This document shows positions 38,154 to 47,891 of a stretch of DNA of 64,000 bases, piece after piece. Position numbers and translations under genes: made by a program. The DNA comes from Planctomycetota bacterium (GTDB lineage Bacteria; Planctomycetota; PLA2; JAEUHO01). The notes beneath the pieces were generated by a model that saw only the letters and a program-made list of their open reading frames with translations, was not told the origin of the DNA and did not search any database. Position 1 is the first letter of the stretch, and every line of letters begins with the position of its first letter. The stretch is from the NCBI GenBank assembly GCA_050248855.1, contig JBFWRP010000005.1, positions 128,001 through 192,000 of the forward strand, read 5' to 3'.

Positions 38154-40466
38154 TCAGCGCAAGCGGGCGCGCCACGGGGCCGGGAGCATCGAGAGGGGCA
38201 CGGCCAGGCCCAGCACCTCCAAGTCGCCGAGCGTCGCCGCCGGGACGCCCAGGAGGCGGCCCTCGGCGTCCGTCAGCATGCCGCCGCTGTGGCCGGGCCC
38301 GACCCAGGCGTCGGTCTTGATCCAGCGCAGGGTGCCGGCGGCATCGGCCTCGAGACCGGCGACCACGCCCCGGCTGAGCGTGAGGGGGGTCCGGTTGCGC
38401 TCCGAGCCGTCGGCCGGATAGCCGTAGACCGTGACGGGGGCGCCAAGCTCGAGGGCGTCGGGGTCGCCGAGCTCGATGAACGGCAGCGGCTGCGTCGCGT
38501 CGAGCGACCGACCGAACACGTCCCGTTCGATCTTGAGCAACGCGAGATCGAGCTCCTCGTCGCTGTCCACGAGCCGGGCCTCGAAGGCGTGGACGGGGGG
38601 CCGGTCGGTGCGAACCGGGAACGCGATCAGGATGCCTTCGTCCTGCAGCGGTCCGTCGTCTTCCGGCTGCAGCACGTGACGGCACGTGAGGATGTAGCCG
38701 TCGGGGGTCAGGCAGGCGCCGCTGCCGCCACTGCCATCGTCGACGGTGATCTCCACGCACGCGGCCTGGCTGCGCGGCAACGGCAGGCCGCTGCGACGGC
38801 GTCCGGGCGGCGGCCAGCCGGCGGGCAGCTCGGGCATGGGCGGCTGCGCGATGTCCCACGCCACTTCGAAGTCGGTCGGGTCTTCGTACGGGTCCGGCGA
38901 CGTCACGGCCATCCACAGGGAGCGGGCCGCGGGAAGCGGGGTCCCCCACGACCAGACCATCCGCTCGTCGGGGCGCGGCGAGAACGAGCGCGCGAGGATG
39001 GAGCCGTCCTCGGGGCGCACCAGCATCAGGTCCAGGGCGCCGGTCGACTTCCAGACCTGCGCCCCGAGCGAGCTGGCGCCTGCCGGGACCTCGATGCGGT
39101 ACCACGCCGTGGGCGCGCTGTCGGGCTCGACGTGGCCTCGCACGAACGACCCGCGCGTCAGCGTGGCCGCACGCACGTCCTCGACGGGCTCGCGGCTCCA
39201 CGACACGTCGAGCTGGACACGCACTTCCTCGACGTCGTCGATCAGCTCGGTCGTGAGGTACCAGGTGCCCGCGGGCAGCTCGCGCTGCCCCCCCGCCACC
39301 ACGATCTCGTTCTCGTCCAGCGAGATGGCGTACCAGTCGGCGTCCACGGTGCGTTCGTTGCCGGGCTTGCCAGCCGAGAGATAGAGGTCCACGTCGACGG
39401 CCAGCTGCGGCGTGGCCCTCACGCGCACGCTGCGTGTGCCCGCGGGGACGTCGAACGCGACATCGTCCGACGAGCTCGCGCCCTCCAAGAGCACATGGGT
39501 CGAAACGGCGCCCTGCGTCATGCCTTGCGGGCTGCGCAGGCCTACGTGACGGACATCGGCGTCGCTGCGGATGGGAGAGCCCAGGGTGAGCGTGGCATCG
39601 GCATCATCCACGGGCTGGGGAGCTGAATCCTGCAAGGGACGCGTTACCGACCACCCAAGGACCTGGAGCTGGCGCGCTTCGGGGTCGTCGAGCTTCAGGC
39701 GGCCTCCGCCGCGCTGCACGCGACGCGATGTCACCAGCTCGCCACCCGCGCCGCGGAGCTCGACCGTCAGCTCATGGGCTCCCAGTCCCGTTGGCGTCGG
39801 CAGGTCGTTGGGTTCGGTGATGTGTTCTCCAAGGGGCAGCCGACCTCCAACTCGTAGCTCTGCCTCGGTCAAGTACGGCCGCTTGGACTCCGCGTCCGAC
39901 GCCCACACCTCCAGCACACGCCCGGCCCAGGCCTCCGTGCCCACTCGGCACGCGGACAGCTCCTTCGCCTCACCCGGCAAGATCACGTCCGCGTACGCAC
40001 CCGGTGTGACACGCAAGAACGTCTGCACGTCCGTCGCATGCGATGACGTGTCGAGCTCGATCCAGGCAAACCAGCGGCCCGGCGCAAGCGGTCCTTCGAC
40101 CTGCAGGTGCTCGAGGCCCGAAGTGGTGCGCGCAACGACCTCGGCCTCGCGCCGCGGGTCCAAGCCGAAGGGGCGGCCACGGCGCAGGTAGACGTCGACG
40201 TCGGCCTCGAGCTCGGTCGCGGCGACGACGAGATCGAAGCGTGTCGCTTCGGCCGGTACGTCGTACGCGAGCCGGAGGTGCGGAGCTCGCCGGCTCAAGC
40301 GCTTGGCGGGAGCCAGGCCCTCGGGGAGGAGGACGCTGTCGCCCGTCGAGTCGGGCGCCGCATGCGCCTCCCGACGGGCCGTCGTCAGGCCGGCGCCCGC
40401 CAGCAGGACCACGGCGAGGAGAGCGACAGAGCGGCCTGCGATCCGCGCGTGAGGGTGCCTGTGCAT
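38154..40466 (-). CDS. Secreted trypsin-like (S1) serine protease with N-terminal PPC-like domains
   Basis: Signal peptide; DVDVYL, DVDLYL and LDLML repeats; GSGAC, ILTCRHV, DLALL, V.GYP, GPGHSGG catalytic motifs. Confidence 0.85.
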   Translation of the reverse strand: MHRHPHARIAGRSVALLAVVLLAGAGLTTARREAHAAPDSTGDSVLLPEGLAPAKRLSRRAPHLRLAYDVPAEATRFDLVVAATELEADVDVYLRRGRPFGLDPRREAEVVARTTSGLEHLQVEGPLAPGRWFAWIELDTSSHATDVQTFLRVTPGAYADVILPGEAKELSACRVGTEAWAGRVLEVWASDAESKRPYLTEAELRVGGRLPLGEHITEPNDLPTPTGLGAHELTVELRGAGGELVTSRRVQRGGGRLKLDDPEARQLQVLGWSVTRPLQDSAPQPVDDADATLTLGSPIRSDADVRHVGLRSPQGMTQGAVSTHVLLEGASSSDDVAFDVPAGTRSVRVRATPQLAVDVDLYLSAGKPGNERTVDADWYAISLDENEIVVAGGQRELPAGTWYLTTELIDDVEEVRVQLDVSWSREPVEDVRAATLTRGSFVRGHVEPDSAPTAWYRIEVPAGASSLGAQVWKSTGALDLMLVRPEDGSILARSFSPRPDERMVWSWGTPLPAARSLWMAVTSPDPYEDPTDFEVAWDIAQPPMPELPAGWPPPGRRRSGLPLPRSQAACVEITVDDGSGGSGACLTPDGYILTCRHVLQPEDDGPLQDEGILIAFPVRTDRPPVHAFEARLVDSDEELDLALLKIERDVFGRSLDATQPLPFIELGDPDALELGAPVTVYGYPADGSERNRTPLTLSRGVVAGLEADAAGTLRWIKTDAWVGPGHSGGMLTDAEGRLLGVPAATLGDLEVLGLAVPLSMLPAPWRARLR

Positions 40467-40532
40467 CCCATGAGGAGGCCAGCGGCTGGCGCCCGTGTCC
40501 ACCCCCGCACGCGGCCGGGTACCGTGGCGCGC

Positions 40533-41303
40533 ATGGAACGCTTCCTCTCGCTTCTGCTCGCCTCGGCCCTCGGTGGAGCCGCCGGGGGCTTCGTCATGCA
40601 CTTGGTCGGTCCCGCGCGGGGCGGCGGCAGCGACGTGGCCGCCGGGGCCTCCGAGGCGGAAGCCAAGCGTCTCGGTGAGCTCCTGTCGGGCATCGAGCAG
40701 CGCATCGAGGCCCTCGCCAGCGAGGGCGGCGCCGCAGGTCGCCCGGGCCTGCGCGGCGCCCCGCCCGGGCGTCCCCTCGCCCCGCGGCCGGGCGAGATCG
40801 ACGAGGCCACGCTCGAGGTGCTCTCGGCCAAGCTGGCCGAGCGGATGGAGGACACGGTCAAGAAGGCCGTGAGCGAAGCCGTCGAGAGCGGCAGTTCGGA
40901 CACGCCGCGCCGCGAGCGCCGCAAGCGCGTGTCGCTGGCCGAAGCGGCCAAGCAGCTCGAGCTCTCGACGACGCAGGAGGAACAGCTCCGCGAGCTCTAC
41001 GGGGAGCTCGAGAACGAGGTCTACACCATGCTCGCGGGCAAGGACGGCGACCCCGAGGAGGTCCGCCGCGACGTGCAGACGGCCAAGGACGACCCGGCCA
41101 AGACCATGGAAGTGGTCGGCAAGTACATCCCCAAGGCCATGGGCAACCTCGGTGGCTTCATGGCCCTCGAGGTCAAGCGCCAGCAGCGCACGAACGAGAT
41201 CGTCGGCCCCGAGAAGGCCGACCGCATGCGCCGCGAGTTCTCCATCGAGGAACAAGACCCCCTCGGCATGGAGGGCGGCTTCAACTTGCGCGCGGGGAGG
41301 TAG
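40533..41303 (+). CDS. Hypothetical membrane-anchored coiled-coil protein
   Basis: TACCGT 7 nt before the ATG; N-terminal TM; LELSTTQ motif; architecture like 16606-17436. Confidence 0.7.
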   Translation: MERFLSLLLASALGGAAGGFVMHLVGPARGGGSDVAAGASEAEAKRLGELLSGIEQRIEALASEGGAAGRPGLRGAPPGRPLAPRPGEIDEATLEVLSAKLAERMEDTVKKAVSEAVESGSSDTPRRERRKRVSLAEAAKQLELSTTQEEQLRELYGELENEVYTMLAGKDGDPEEVRRDVQTAKDDPAKTMEVVGKYIPKAMGNLGGFMALEVKRQQRTNEIVGPEKADRMRREFSIEEQDPLGMEGGFNLRAGR

Positions 41304-41308
41304 CGACG

Positions 41309-42736
41309 CTACCGCCTGTCCTCCGCGTGACGCAGCAGCGCGGCGACGAGGTGCTCCTTCTTGTCACGCGCTTCCAGGCGGTAGATGCCGGGGCGCTTGG
41401 CCTCGAAGCGAAGCGTGGGACCCAGGCCCGGTGAGTACGTGCCCGCGCCGTAGGCGCCACGCGTCCCGACGACCTTCCCGTCGGGTCCTACGACACGCAT
41501 GCTGACGCCGCTCTGCGGCGCACCGCGCAGGACGAAGAGGTAGTCCCAGCCGGGCATGCACGCGCCAAGCGCCACCAGCTTCCAGTCGCGCGTGAGCTTG
41601 GCCTTGACCTCGGGGTCCACGCCCGTGCCCATGTGGATGGGCGCCCCGCCCAGCTCGGCCCGATCGAGCAGCTGGACGTCGGCCGTGGGCGCCGGCCCGC
41701 GGATGCCGATGAAGCGATACGTCCCGGCGTGGTACGGACGGAACCACGTCATCCCCGCGTCGTAGTGCGTGCGCGCTCGCTGCTCTTGGCCCATGCCCGT
41801 GGCGCTCACCCAGCGGTCGCCCCGCTTCATCTGCACGAAGTACGGGTTCTCCGCGGCCTCGGGGATGTTCACGAGCACGAGGTCGCCGGGGCGCGCGCGC
41901 ACCACGGGAACCGGGCCCTCGACGAGCACCGCGCTGGGCTCGGGCTCGGGGACGTCGAGCACCGGCGGATCGACCGTCTCGCCTTCCTCCAGACGCCGTA
42001 GCTTGACGCCGTACGAGCCGCCGCCATCGAACGTACCGCGCACCTCCAAGCGCAAGGGCGCTCCTGCATCGGCGGCAGGCGGTAGCGGGTCGGGGGCCAC
42101 GAAGCGCACGGGAGGAAGCGGCCTCAGCGCCAGCGCCCCCTGCTCGCTGTCGCCGAGCACGTCATCGGTCGACGCCAGGACGCGCAAGCGCACGCGGCCG
42201 GCGCTGCCCTCGGTCGGCGTGACCTGGTAGGCCACGCCGGGCTCCACTGCGAGATCCCACGTGTTGACCTCGCCGAGCAGCAGCTCCCCCACCCGCGCCG
42301 TCTCCTCGTCGGGGACGAGCACGCGCCTGTGCGCCACGGTTGGGACGTCCCCGGGACCGAGCGTGGCGAAGCGCAGCTCGGCGCGGCCCGTGAACGCGCT
42401 CAGACCCTGCACACGAACGAGCAGGCGCTCGTCGCGTACGGCCTGCCAGACGTGGCGCGCGACGCGCTCGTCGTCGGAGGTGACGCGCGCGAACGGCTCT
42501 TCACCCTCACGCCCGAGCGCCAACACGGAGCGCGGCAAGGTGACGCCGCGGACCTCCAAGCGGTACCGGCAGCCGGACAGGGCCACGATCTCGAACGTCT
42601 GCGACTCGCCGGGGCGGCCGATCTCGAACGTGAGGGGCCGATCGTCGGCCTGGAGGCGCACGGGCCCGCGCGGACCCGCCAGCAACGGGGGGGCCAGTGC
42701 CGCCAGGGCGATCCCGAACGCGATCCATGGAGCCAC
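41309..42736 (-). CDS. Secreted hypothetical protein with PPC-like beta-sandwich repeats
   Basis: Signal-like segment after the GTG; repeated Y.L.V and G.Y.L beta patterns. Start uncertain. Confidence 0.6.
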   Translation of the reverse strand: MAPWIAFGIALAALAPPLLAGPRGPVRLQADDRPLTFEIGRPGESQTFEIVALSGCRYRLEVRGVTLPRSVLALGREGEEPFARVTSDDERVARHVWQAVRDERLLVRVQGLSAFTGRAELRFATLGPGDVPTVAHRRVLVPDEETARVGELLLGEVNTWDLAVEPGVAYQVTPTEGSAGRVRLRVLASTDDVLGDSEQGALALRPLPPVRFVAPDPLPPAADAGAPLRLEVRGTFDGGGSYGVKLRRLEEGETVDPPVLDVPEPEPSAVLVEGPVPVVRARPGDLVLVNIPEAAENPYFVQMKRGDRWVSATGMGQEQRARTHYDAGMTWFRPYHAGTYRFIGIRGPAPTADVQLLDRAELGGAPIHMGTGVDPEVKAKLTRDWKLVALGACMPGWDYLFVLRGAPQSGVSMRVVGPDGKVVGTRGAYGAGTYSPGLGPTLRFEAKRPGIYRLEARDKKEHLVAALLRHAEDRR

Positions 42737-42802
42737 GCGAGAACGTCGGCGTTCGCAGGGGTAGCGTGGGCGGGTCTCCCCCGCCACGGAGCCCGCAACC
42801 CC

Positions 42803-43207
42803 ATGCGTCCGATCGTCCATGCGCTCCTCGTCTGTCGGGACCTCGAGACGGAGCCCGACGGCAGCCTCACCCTACGAAACGTCGTGGAGATCGTGCCGGC
42901 GGAGGCCATCCCCGGCGAGGTCGGGCCCTTGGTCTTCGTGGCGTTCCTCCGCGGCATGCCCGCAGGCGCGGGCGAGGGCGCCTTCGTGCTCCATGTCGGC
43001 GGCGCCGAGCAGCCGGGAGGCGCCCGCCTCCCCCTCAAGCTCGACGTGCCCGCGGCGATGGCGGGTCGCCAGCTGGCTGTGCACGTTCGCCTGCGGGCGC
43101 TCCCCGTCGAGCAGGCGGGCTGGTTCGACCTCGGCTTCGAGTGGGCCGGCGAGATGCTTGCGTCCACACGCTTCGCGGTCGGCACGCGCGGCGGACCCTC
43201 CTCCTGA
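42803..43207 (+). CDS. Small hypothetical beta-sandwich protein
   Basis: P....LLVC.D......G..TL..V, P....G.F, GE.L....F.V pattern. Confidence 0.6.
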   Translation: MRPIVHALLVCRDLETEPDGSLTLRNVVEIVPAEAIPGEVGPLVFVAFLRGMPAGAGEGAFVLHVGGAEQPGGARLPLKLDVPAAMAGRQLAVHVRLRALPVEQAGWFDLGFEWAGEMLASTRFAVGTRGGPSS

Positions 43208-43249
43208 CGCGAGCCTGCGAGCGACGCCGCGATCCGCTACCCTCCGCCG

Positions 43250-44668
43250 ATGCGGCACAAGACGACCATCTTCATCTTCTTGGCCATGGGACTCGGCGTC
43301 GTCGTGGGTCAGCTCCTGGTTGGGGCGCCCGATACGGCACGACGCTGGTTCGACTTGATCGGCACGCAGGTCTTCGTAGGCGGCCTGAAGATGCTGATCG
43401 CCCCGCTGATCCTCTGCAGCATCGTGGCGGGCATCACCAGCCTCCCGAGCTTCTCGGACGCGGGACGCATCGGCGGCCGCACGTTGGCCTACTACATCAC
43501 GACCACCACCGTGGCGGTGATCATCGGACTGGCCCTCGTGTTGATCCTGCGGCCCGGGGACTCGGAGAGCGCGCGGGGGATCGGCGAGAAGCGCGCCCAG
43601 CGGCTCACGGAGCTCGCGGCCACCTACGAAGCGGAGACGGGCAAGGACCCCCGGGCCACCGCCAACGTGGGTGCGTATCGCGTCTGGCTCTACCAGCAGG
43701 AGGGCGAAGCTCTCGGCAAGTCCGACGCCGCCGAGCTGTATGCCAAGGTCGCCAAGGGCCACTCGCGATCGAGCTACGAGATGTTCACGCACGACATCGT
43801 GCGCCCCCTGTTGACCAACCCCTTCCAGTCGCTGAGCGAGGCCAACAGCCTGGGGATCATCCTCTGGTCGATCCTCTTGGCGCTGGCCGTGATGGCGGTC
43901 GGCGAGCCCGCTCGGCCGCTGATCAACCTGTTCCAAGCGGGCAACGAGGCCATGTTGAAGCTCGTCGGCTGGTTCATGAAGCTGGCGCCGCTGGCCATTT
44001 TCTGTCTCGTCGTGTCCCTCGTCTCGCAGCACGGCTTGAGCGTGTTCGACACCCTCGGAGGCTACTGCGCCACCGTGATCGGCGGCATCGCCATCCATGT
44101 CCTCTTCTTGTTGTTCCTCGTCAGCGCCATCGGTCGCATGTCGCCGCTCAAGTTCCTGGGCGGCATCCGCGAGGCCTGGAGCGTGGCCTTTGCCACGCGC
44201 TCCAGCGCGGCGACGCTGCCGATCACGATGCGCTGCGTCACGGAGCGCCTGGGCGTGCGCCCGCGCGTGGCCCGCTTCGCCCTGCCCGTGGGCGCCACGA
44301 TGAACATGGACGGCACGGCGCTCTACGAGGGCGTCGCCGTGATCTTCTTGCTGCAGATCTACGGCGGCATGGACGACGTGGGCATCGCGCTGACCGCGGG
44401 CGTGACCTTGGTGATCTTCATCACGGCCGTGCTGGCATCCGTGGGTGCGGCGGCGGTACCGGACGCGGGCCTGATCACGATGGTGCTGGTGGCCGACGCG
44501 GTCCACCTGCCCGTCTACTACATCCCGCTGATCTTCACCGTGGACGCGTTCCTCGACATGTTCCGGACTTCCACCAACGTCATGGGCGACGCGGTCGGAG
44601 CGGTCATCGTGGACCGCTTCGAAACGGACGCGCCTCCCGAGCCGTCACCCGCAGCAGCCATGGCCTAG
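43250..44668 (+). CDS. Dicarboxylate/amino acid:cation symporter (DAACS, GltP family)
   Basis: LKMLIAPLI, AFATRSSAATLP, PVGATMNMDGTALYE, ASVGAAAVP, DMFRTSTNVMGD. Confidence 0.93.
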   Translation: MRHKTTIFIFLAMGLGVVVGQLLVGAPDTARRWFDLIGTQVFVGGLKMLIAPLILCSIVAGITSLPSFSDAGRIGGRTLAYYITTTTVAVIIGLALVLILRPGDSESARGIGEKRAQRLTELAATYEAETGKDPRATANVGAYRVWLYQQEGEALGKSDAAELYAKVAKGHSRSSYEMFTHDIVRPLLTNPFQSLSEANSLGIILWSILLALAVMAVGEPARPLINLFQAGNEAMLKLVGWFMKLAPLAIFCLVVSLVSQHGLSVFDTLGGYCATVIGGIAIHVLFLLFLVSAIGRMSPLKFLGGIREAWSVAFATRSSAATLPITMRCVTERLGVRPRVARFALPVGATMNMDGTALYEGVAVIFLLQIYGGMDDVGIALTAGVTLVIFITAVLASVGAAAVPDAGLITMVLVADAVHLPVYYIPLIFTVDAFLDMFRTSTNVMGDAVGAVIVDRFETDAPPEPSPAAAMA

Positions 44669-44675
44669 GCCTCCT

Positions 44676-46418
44676 TCACGGCCGCGCGAGCCGCACGTCC
44701 AGCCGCGTCGTGCCGGCCCCCTCCTGCACGAGCACGGTGGCGAACCCCTCCGTGACGTCGGCGTAGCGGCTCCACTCCGGGGGCACACGCACTTCGTAGG
44801 TGCCAGGGGCCAGGTCCTCGAACAGGGCCGCGGTGCCCGTGCCCGCGAACGCGAGTCGCCACCACACGTCGCCGGGGCTGCGCACATGCACGTTGAGCAG
44901 CGGACGCAGCTCGCCCGTCGCGGTCAGGGCGCGGATCTCCAAGCGCTCCGAACCGACACGCTCGGTCGCGGGCATCTGGAGACGCACGTCGCTGCGGCCG
45001 GCGGGCAGGTCCACGACGCGCGCAAGCCCGCGCTTGTAGTCCCGGACTTGCCAGCACCCCGGCACCAGGGGCCTGAGCACGGCTTCGCCGCGCGCGTCCG
45101 TGCGGGCGTGGGCCCAGTCGATCTCGTCGGGTGCCGTCGCCTCCCGCACGAACGTCAGCCGATGGTCGGCCAGGGGCTCACCGTCGGCATCGAGCACCTC
45201 GACCTCCACGAGCGCGGCCCCGTCCTCGTGGCCGAGGTCCAGCACGAGCTCGCTGCCGCCCTCCCCCACTTCGGCGTCGAACACCTGGCGCGACCACTCC
45301 GTGCGCGGCACGAAGACTCCGCGGTACCGACCCGGCGGCAGGCGCCCCGCCCAGCCCGAGGCTCCACGCAGCTCGAGCGCGTCGGTGATCGGCACGCTCT
45401 CCCGAGGATGTCCGTGCTCGTCGAGCGACCAGAGCATGAGGTCGCCCGGAACGGCCTCGCCGCGCGGGGTCTCCCCGCGGACGGCGAAACCCACGACGTC
45501 GGGCAAGGTGAACTCCAGCTGGCTCGTGCCGCCGACCGCCAACGTGACGTCCTGCGGCGCGGGGGCGCCAGCGCTCTTCAAGCCGCGTGCATCGCTGACG
45601 GTGACGCGCAGCTGCACGTCGGCAGGCAGGCGTGCGGGCTCGGGATCCGCTCCCGCGAAGCGGAACCGACCCAACGGCAAGCCGGAGATCTCGCGCACCG
45701 TCACGGCACACTCGTCCAGCAGCTCGCCGCCGCGCCGCACGCGCGCAACAAGCCCACCCCGGGGCGCGGCCCGGGGCCCCAGCAGCAGCGTCGTGCGCGC
45801 ATTGCCCTCGCGGCGCACGGGCTGGCTGACGGCCTCGAGCACGCGCCCCTCGGGATCCACGGACCGCGCCGCGACGAACCACGCGCGCTCGGTGGCCAGC
45901 TGCACGCCCTCCACGGACACGCGCCCTGCGGAGGCGTTCACCTCCGCACGAGCCAACGCGCGTGTGGCCAAGCGTCCATCCGCATCCATCTGGACGGTCG
46001 CTTCCCCGTCCGTCCCCGTGGCCCGCGACAGCGTGAAGGAGATCTCGTCGCGGCCGTTGCCGACGAACACCACCACCGGCGTGGCGAGGAGCGACGGCGC
46101 ACCGCGTTCGCCCAAGACGCCCACGGATGCTGCCAGCTCGAGGTCCAGCGCGACGACGGTCCCTTCCGCACGGAGGCCCGTGCCCGCGGCTGGCCCGCTC
46201 TCGCCGGGGGCGGACGTGGCGCGCCCGTGGAGGCGGTGCTCCGAACCAGGGCTCGACGCATCCGTGGCGGGATCGCCCCCGCCGTGAAACGGCGGAGGCG
46301 ACGGAGGCTCGGAGCCGCGCAGCGTGTTCACCACGTAGGTGACGCCCGCGGCGAGAGCCACGAGGAGCACGAGAACCGTCCACGGTGCTCGCGGCTTGCC
46401 TGTGCGATCGGGTTGCAT
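44676..46418 (-). CDS. Membrane-anchored protein with carboxypeptidase-regulatory-like repeats
   Basis: AGGAG SD; TM helix; V.VLDADGEPLA, TDARGEA, LPPGRY, LAPGTYEVRV. Confidence 0.65.
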   Translation of the reverse strand: MQPDRTGKPRAPWTVLVLLVALAAGVTYVVNTLRGSEPPSPPPFHGGGDPATDASSPGSEHRLHGRATSAPGESGPAAGTGLRAEGTVVALDLELAASVGVLGERGAPSLLATPVVVFVGNGRDEISFTLSRATGTDGEATVQMDADGRLATRALARAEVNASAGRVSVEGVQLATERAWFVAARSVDPEGRVLEAVSQPVRREGNARTTLLLGPRAAPRGGLVARVRRGGELLDECAVTVREISGLPLGRFRFAGADPEPARLPADVQLRVTVSDARGLKSAGAPAPQDVTLAVGGTSQLEFTLPDVVGFAVRGETPRGEAVPGDLMLWSLDEHGHPRESVPITDALELRGASGWAGRLPPGRYRGVFVPRTEWSRQVFDAEVGEGGSELVLDLGHEDGAALVEVEVLDADGEPLADHRLTFVREATAPDEIDWAHARTDARGEAVLRPLVPGCWQVRDYKRGLARVVDLPAGRSDVRLQMPATERVGSERLEIRALTATGELRPLLNVHVRSPGDVWWRLAFAGTGTAALFEDLAPGTYEVRVPPEWSRYADVTEGFATVLVQEGAGTTRLDVRLARP

Positions 46419-46465
46419 GGATCTCGTCTCCTGTCTTCGCTGCGGCATGCGCCGCGTTCGCGCGC

Positions 46466-47695
46466 TCAGCGAGCGCCGCCGTGGGTGCTCTTCGAGCCGT
46501 TCTGGCCGCCCTTGCCCGCGTCGCCGGAGCCGTTGCCTTCCCCGCCGGCCCCGCCACCGCCATCCTTGCCCTTGGTCTGACCCGCGCCGCCGCGACCGCC
46601 GTCGCCGCCGTTGCCACCGCCGCCGTTGGGGTAGCCCCCCGGACCGCCGCGACCGCCCAGGCCGCCGTCACCGCCCTTGCCGCTGGGTGCGTTGCCGCCA
46701 TGACCGCCGTGGCCGCCGTTGCCGCCGAGTCCACCGACCGTGCCTTCATGCGTTCCGACGCCGCCGGGGCCACCTGCGCCGCCGCGGCCTCCGGCACCTG
46801 CGTTGCGGTCCTCGCCGAAGGCGTCGCCGCCCCTGCCGCCGTCGCCGCCGCGACCGCCGGCCGGCGCATGGCCGTTCTCGCTCGGGCCGCCGCTGCCGCC
46901 CGGGCCGCCCTCGCCGCCCGCCGCTCCGGTGTCGCCGTTGCCGCCGGAACCGCCCGCGCCACCCGCGCCACCGCTCATGTCCCAGCTCTGGGCGTCCTCG
47001 CCCGCTCCGCCGCGCCCGCCGGCAAAGCCTGGCAGGCCGGTCGCCGGCCCGTCCGAGCCGTTGCCGCCGCGGCCGCCATCGCCGCCGTTGGGTCCGCCGC
47101 GGCCACCGCGCCCGCCGGCGCCCACGGGCCCCTTGCGGCCGCCATCGCCGCCATCGCCTCCCTCACCGCCGGTACCGCCGCGGTCAGCGGGGTCGGCCGG
47201 TTCGCCACCGGTCCCGCCGTCACCACCCGTTCCGTGTCGACCCGGCTTGCCCCCCGGGCCCCCGCGGCCGCTGCCGGCTCCGCCATCGCCCCCCTGACCG
47301 CCCTTGCCCGCGGCGCCGCCGGTACCACCTGCGCCCCCCGTGCCGCCATCGGGTGCGCCCTTGCCGCCGTCGCCACCGCTGCCCGTGGGTCCCGGGGCGT
47401 TGCCGCCGGCGCCCGCCTCGCCGCCGGGGCCTGCATCGCCCCCGTCACCGCCGCTGCCGCCCGACGGGCCGCCGAGCCCGCCCTGGCCTGCGTCGGGGTA
47501 GTCCTCGTTGCCGTTGCCGCCGTCGCCGCCGTTGCCGACGCCGCTGGCGGCGCCGCCGCTGGTGGCGGGCTGGGTGGCCGTGGCGTCGGCGCCAGGCTTG
47601 CCGTCCGCGGCGCTCGCCGGAGAGGCCAACAGCAGGACGCTCGCTAGCGCCGCGCACGAGAGCGGCAGCACGTGGGAGAAGCAGCTGGATCGCAT
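46466..47695 (-). CDS. Secreted glycine-rich PGRS-like protein (GGxGGxG repeats)
   Basis: Signal peptide ending ASA-A, then about 370 residues of GGDGGNG/GGRGG/GGAGG repeats; GGAG upstream of ATG 47695. Confidence 0.75.
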   Translation of the reverse strand: MRSSCFSHVLPLSCAALASVLLLASPASAADGKPGADATATQPATSGGAASGVGNGGDGGNGNEDYPDAGQGGLGGPSGGSGGDGGDAGPGGEAGAGGNAPGPTGSGGDGGKGAPDGGTGGAGGTGGAAGKGGQGGDGGAGSGRGGPGGKPGRHGTGGDGGTGGEPADPADRGGTGGEGGDGGDGGRKGPVGAGGRGGRGGPNGGDGGRGGNGSDGPATGLPGFAGGRGGAGEDAQSWDMSGGAGGAGGSGGNGDTGAAGGEGGPGGSGGPSENGHAPAGGRGGDGGRGGDAFGEDRNAGAGGRGGAGGPGGVGTHEGTVGGLGGNGGHGGHGGNAPSGKGGDGGLGGRGGPGGYPNGGGGNGGDGGRGGAGQTKGKDGGGGAGGEGNGSGDAGKGGQNGSKSTHGGAR

Positions 47696-47891
47696 GGGAG
47701 AAGCTCCAGGGGCAGGACGAAGGAGGCTGTGGGAGAGTGGTCGCGGGCGCCCCGGGGCCCGCCAACCACCAGCCGCCTCGCCGCTACGTGGCCTGAGGTC
47801 ACGGGCTGGATGTGCAACCGCGGGCTGACTGGCCCCGCGTGTGCGTGGTGCAATGGAGCTGCGGTGCCCGGGCCGCTCTTGGAGCCCTCCC

